DNA of 63,790 bases, filler included, from Rhabdomonas costata (taxonomy: Eukaryota): assembly GCA_019059605.1 (NCBI GenBank). It is 33 parts of 33 records of this genome, joined end to end, with 100 filler letters (N's around TTAATTAATTAA, not from the genome) between each part and the next. Parts side by side here need not be neighbours in the genome. Positions count along the whole stretch, not along the records: positions 58,084 to 59,919 come from JAHMHO010008415.1; positions 60,020 to 61,855 come from JAHMHO010008416.1; positions 61,956 to 63,790 come from JAHMHO010008417.1; 30 more parts are not named here. One strand, written 5' to 3'. Made by a program: the position numbers and the translations under genes. This document shows positions 59,040 through 63,790 of the stretch, in pieces. Within the stretch, counting starts at the first letter, position 1. The number at the start of each line of letters is the position of its first letter. Below the pieces are notes generated by a model. The model was not told the DNA's origin. It saw only the letters and a list, made by a program, of their open reading frames with translations, and did not search any database.

Positions 59040-60829
59040 CTAATTACAAAGAGTGCGCAGTGCAAGCTATGAAGCTCGTTGCTGGAACATCACAGAGGTG
59101 GAACGGTGTGCCAGCCTCCAGTTCGTTCTTCATCGGACATCACACAAAATTGGCACAGCGGCATCGGCCCACATCGGCACGTGTAAAGGGCTTTGCCCTC
59201 GATTCGCGACGCAGTCCCGGCCTCAGAATACTGGGCAGAAACGTTCGGCCCAAGGCCGAAAAGTGATCCTCACACACAACTCGCTCAAATAACAACCCCA
59301 ATCTCTCCATAAGCTCGAGTTACGAGCACTTTGTTTGGTCTCCGGCTGGTCTGGTCTGGTGAGTTTGTGTGCAATTAGGATCGAAAATGGCCATTGGGTA
59401 GGGCGCCCAGCGAATAGGGGAAGCGGGGGGGTGGCCGAGATGCTCCCCACCCCCACCCACGATTTGTGGTTCCGGTAGCTGGCCGAAGAAACTGGATAGG
59501 CCCACATGGCCATGGTGCTATGGGGCGCCGCTCAAATAAGCGAGGCCACATAACAGGACACATAACACACACAAACCAACAAACAAACATACCTCCGGAG
59601 GAGCCACAGAGGGCGACCGGCCCTCGGCTGGCAGTGCAAAGCTGGCCTTGGCTTCTGCAAGGGGGAACCATCACACCACTAGTGAAACAGGTTCGGTAAA
59701 TTTGCATGAGACACAACCCAACAAGCGCATCATGGAAGCCTGTATGTCCAAGTATATCATCAGTTGACAGCTGAGAAGGATGAATCTTTACAACTTTTTC
59801 TCAACCCACCGGAGGAATTGTCTGAGGTTAGGGCTGTGCACACAAACCGGATTCATGTCAGATTAACAGCTTCCGAGTTGTGCAATTGAAGGCAAAAAAA
59901 ACCCAAGCACACCCAACACNNNNNNNNNNNNNNNNNNNNNNNNNNNNNNNNNNNNNNNNNNNNTTAATTAATTAANNNNNNNNNNNNNNNNNNNNNNNNN
60001 NNNNNNNNNNNNNNNNNNNGGTGTTGGGGAAAAGCCCCAAGAAAATTGGGCACTCTTAGTGCGTTCTAAATATTGTGTGTGGGCTGAGTTGTGCTGAAAC
60101 AAAATCATATTTTGATTTTTATTCTTTCTTCGAATCACCCCTGCTCCAAATCCTCTGAGGCGATGTGCCTTTCACCAGCTGAGGTCCTAATCCGTCACAC
60201 CTGGTGACTAAAAATTATGACCTACGCCATGCCCCGCTTGGTGTGCGTTCTGTTCCCACCATTTTCCAATGCAAGGCGTTTCCAAGCCGCGGAAAGCGGA
60301 GGAAGCCCAGATTTTTCCCAGGGCTAGGCGTCGTTTGCCAAACACAGGACAAACCGAGGTCTCTGAGAAGGCGTCGTGCGCTAGCTGTGGGAATATTATA
60401 CCTCCCAGGGTTTTGTTTTCTGTGAAACAGGACAGTGGTCATAGCCACAGTCCCCAGACATGACAGGTGAAGCAACCGAACCTCCCAGTCACACGAATTA
60501 TGAATTGTGCCTCTCTCCTTCCATTATTTCGTTGCGAAAAAAGCCCTTATCTTAATTGGGTTAGTGTCGCTCCATTTACCACTTAACTGGTGATTACCAA
60601 GGCTAATTGCAATCAGTGAGTGGACTATTTCAGCCAGGAGTGACCGTTTCCATCACCCCTGAGCTGCTCGCTCAGATCATCGCAAGCAACAGCCGCACCG
60701 TTGCAAGCAATGCAGCGAATGCAAAGTAAGATGCTTGCGGCGCAGCAAATGTTTTATTAGCGCAGTGCCCAAGCTCAGCAGGACTCAGGAAGTTGATGGA
60801 GAAAGACCCTCAGTTCCCTGCCTACACAG

Positions 60830-61033
60830 GCAACACACATCACTTCCTGCTTGGATCCTGGAGTTCCAGATCAGGAAAGAGCAGCGGAATCTGCCCGATG
60901 CATTGGCCATCCATTGCGCACTCATCGCTTTATGAGAACATGTTATCTGGATGTTCCCAAGTGACAAGGAGTTTGCGTCCTTGGAGATGTTCTGCCGGGA
61001 GCTCAGGACCAAGTTTCTGAAGCACACAAATGA
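60830..61033 (+). pseudogene. Exon-like segment with an internal in-frame TGA
   Basis: tacacag|G ... GA|gtggcg; QHTSLPAWILEFQIRKEQRNLPDALAIHCALIAL*EHVIWMFPSDKEFASLEMFCRELRTKFLKHTN, with coding-like codon usage on both sides of the TGA at 60933-60935. Confidence 0.35.
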
Positions 61034-61034
61034 G

Positions 61035-61069
61035 TGGCGTCTGGCGTCTGGCGTCTGGCGTCTGGCGTC
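61035..61069. repeat. (TGGCGTC)5 heptanucleotide tandem repeat
   Basis: Read directly. Confidence 0.95.
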
Positions 61070-62019
61070 CCCCTCCCCTCCCAGTGGCAGTAACAAGAAC
61101 CTCTCTTCATCTTAAATGCCTACACGTGTCTCTTCGCATCCTTACACCACCATAAGGATGGTTACAGGATGCTCCGACCGGGCGTAGCCGGAGGAAGAAG
61201 ATACCCTTACGCTTAGACTTAGGTGGAAGGAACGAAGGCATGGTCGGAAGGGCATGCCGTAGTAGGGAGCAATGAAGAAGGGTTGATATGGAAGGGTTCT
61301 GGCATCTGGGTTTCTTCTCTCATAGTCATGCTGAGTTACTGCATTCTTCTCTCATAGTCATGCTGATACCCTGAATGCCTCACGAACCCCTCACACCTCA
61401 ACCCCAACATCCTCAACCCAAAACAAGGCCTCGAAACACAAACACACACTGACACCATGACACCAAGCTACAGCCATTGACACAAAGACGTAAAACCATG
61501 AGACGTAAACCCAACTCCACGAAAACAAGAAGCCGTAAACCCCTCACACATCAACAAACACAAGCGTAGTACAAGCACTGGTAACATCCTGACACAGAAA
61601 CCGTAGAACCGTTGACCATCAGACCCAAAAACACCACGCCACGAACCCCAGAAGCAACACAGAATGCCAACACACAGAAGCAAAGCACAGCCATGGACAC
61701 AAACACACAAAGCATGAACCCAACATCCACACAAACCCTGAGACCTTACAACATAACCCCACGGACCTAACAGTAACAGTAACGACACCACGCTAACCCT
61801 TCGCACCATCAACCACTACGCCTCGACCCACCAACATCGCCTCAACACAACAAGCNNNNNNNNNNNNNNNNNNNNNNNNNNNNNNNNNNNNNNNNNNNNT
61901 TAATTAATTAANNNNNNNNNNNNNNNNNNNNNNNNNNNNNNNNNNNNNNNNNNNNGGGGTGTTGTGAACCAAGCGAATAGTTTTGGGATGCCACGTGGCC
62001 GACCGCCACAGCACGAGTG

Positions 62020-62700
62020 ATTTGTGTGTGCGGGTCCATTGGCAACTGAGGTCCTTTATGCGATGCAGTTGACCTTCATGGGGATTGGGACCTGCAAAAG
62101 CCGTGTCCCGCACAACAAACAGAACAACAAAGTATCGGAAGCATCCGGCGGATGGCTGCGAGTTTCAAGTTTTCCAATAATCAAAACGATATATCCTTTC
62201 AGCAGCAGGGTGAACTTTATGCTGTCATGGGTGGGCATGCATGTGCATGTCCTTGGGCAACGTTGGAGTTGAAGTTGACTTATAGCAGGGCAGAATATTT
62301 CGTGGAGTAGTATTCCACCATGAGTGCGGTTCTCGGTTGCTTCTCGCAGCAACCCTGAAAGAATGTCGACTCCTTTCGTGAGTTTGTGCAATCGGCTGGG
62401 AACTGGCCGGGGAGCAAAGCAAACTTGCCGGGCAGCCCCCTATAACTCAACAAGTTTCGCTGCACCCACCAAACCCAATTATTTTCGGTCATTCACAGTG
62501 AGTGACTTGTCTCCTGGTTGCCTGCGGGTTTCTTTGGTTTTCTTTTAACCGGATGGCGGACTTCCGGGGACAAGTCTGCTTCTCTGGGACCGCGCCTTGC
62601 TCGGAGTTCTCTTTGAACAGCTTTGCCCTTCGGACAGGAAACCGGAAGCTTACGCGGCTCTGTCGCGACTGCCAGAGGCCCGTGCACCACCACCACCGCG
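62020..62700 (-). mobile_element. Possible decayed Penelope-like or other retroelement RT remnant
   Basis: RLLQVPIPMKVNC resembles RT motif B 'Q..GiPMG.nc'; the region is intronless and broken by stops and frameshifts. Confidence 0.3.
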
Positions 62701-63790
62701 ACTGCGTGGCGGATTCCGACGTTCAGCAGATTCTCACTGTCGAGATGGGTGCGTCCAGCCTTCCAGTGTCCGCGTTATAACTGTGCAAAATTATGCTGGT
62801 CGGAACCCCAATTTAACCGCTTATCCTTCTGTATTCGATCCAAGTTTGTATGAAAGGGTATGTTCAGGGGGGATTGTGGAGGGGGGATTTTTCCATGCAA
62901 GTAATAACATGCGATCACAGCATCAACCCCCTGCGAGACCTCAATCGTGTCCTACGAACGAATACGCCGTTTTATGACCATTCTCAACTCCCCCAAGAGG
63001 AGGGAGCTCTTACGGGTGCTTGTTTTAACGCAGTTGGCAGCTCCGCCCTACGCTTCCGAAAAAGACCGGATATACCCTTATAATCAATCCTAAGCCGAAT
63101 GGCGCCTCACCCCTTAAACTCAGATCACATTCTTTTTAGTCCTAGTAACTCAGTGGCGTTTGAAACAGGTCATATGCACAAGTGCCAGCTTGGCGGCATC
63201 TTGTAGCATTCCAGGACTTCAATTTGAAACTCATAACAAACGACTATTATATATTTTGAGGTTCAACATGCTGCTTGTGTTATAAATGGGGCTCAACACC
63301 CCCGCCCCCTGCTTCCCCCAAAAGCAGCCCTCAAAAAGCAAAGAAAATGAGCGGGAGGGAAAATAAGATCGAGGACCAGCCACAGGTGGGCAGTGGGCAG
63401 TGTGGCCGAGCCAGTCCCTGGGAAGATGAAAAGAAATTCCACTCATCTATGCACTGATATTCGTTTTTTTTCGTGCAGGGGAGTCGGGAAGTGTAATTTT
63501 GACAACCAAGACTGGGGCCCGCCTGATCCATGGCAGCTCAGGCTCTCTGAAGTTGGGGCCGCTGGGGGAGCTTGTCAACCCCGATGGCAAGGTGGATTTT
63601 GCGAACGTCAACTGTGCGCCCTCTCTTGGTACGATCTACAAGGGCGTGTACGATGCCCTGCATGCCATGGCCAAACCCGAGAACATCTTGGAGCTGGAGT
63701 GGCAAGATACAATTGGTGCGACTTTTCGTTTGCTCCTGCATAAACTATCTAAACCATGTCCAGAAAAAATTGTCATAAATTCCTGTACAA

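Noticed and set aside
13794..60935. Stop-codon reassignment (TGA/TAA as sense) suggested by several in-frame stops
   Set aside because: TGA terminates threonine synthase and RJL at the expected C-termini, the conserved genes contain no internal stops and use TGG for Trp, and the dUTPase TGA replaces Gly rather than Trp.
61312..61366. 23-bp direct repeat ttcttctctcatagtcatgctga, two copies
   Set aside because: Only two copies 32 nt apart: a simple local tandem duplication, not an array.
1838..61955. Regularly spaced identical TTAATTAATTAA units resembling a repeat-spacer array
   Set aside because: Each is embedded in exactly 44+44 Ns and gives six-frame stops. It is a synthetic linker, not CRISPR or a genomic repeat.
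1..63790. rRNA, tRNA, spliced-leader or snRNA genes
   Set aside because: I recognised no such conserved sequence by eye; a covariance-model search would be needed to exclude them.

Overview
This window is not one locus. It is an artificial concatenation of 33 unrelated, near-equal-length contigs (about 1.82-1.84 kb), joined by 32 identical 100-nt spacers (N44-TTAATTAATTAA-N44, stops in all six frames), so adjacency between contigs means nothing. The DNA comes from an intron-rich eukaryote with short GC3-rich exons and GT-AG introns, and most ORFs in the six-frame track are spurious or run out of exons into introns. Splicing by hand gives partial genes for SMU1, an RJL-family GTPase, histone H2A (intron-containing), cyclase-associated protein, a CLC-3/4/5-type channel, an inositol 5-phosphatase, a Ser/Thr kinase, threonine synthase, a DnaJ/X-domain chaperone, a UBR zinc finger, a RAV1/DMXL-like WD40 protein, an adenylate kinase, and degenerate class III cyclase, cNMP-binding and ADP-ribosyltransferase-like domains. 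Frequent GTGY donors, the H2A sequence and the cyclase type suggest a euglenozoan, probably a euglenid; this is inference only. Non-genic content includes decayed tyrosine-recombinase (DIRS/Ngaro-like) retroelement pieces, an intronless stop-interrupted trimeric dUTPase, hairpin/MITE-like elements and microsatellites. Most contigs begin with a G/T-only run and end with an A/C-only run, which points to degenerate-primer whole-genome amplification. I cannot support a complete novel multi-gene system here. The best leads are the dUTPase cargo, the ART-like pseudoenzyme, the YR retroelement family, the small intronic inverted-repeat family and the relaxed splice-site grammar. All protein assignments come from motif recognition, not database searches.
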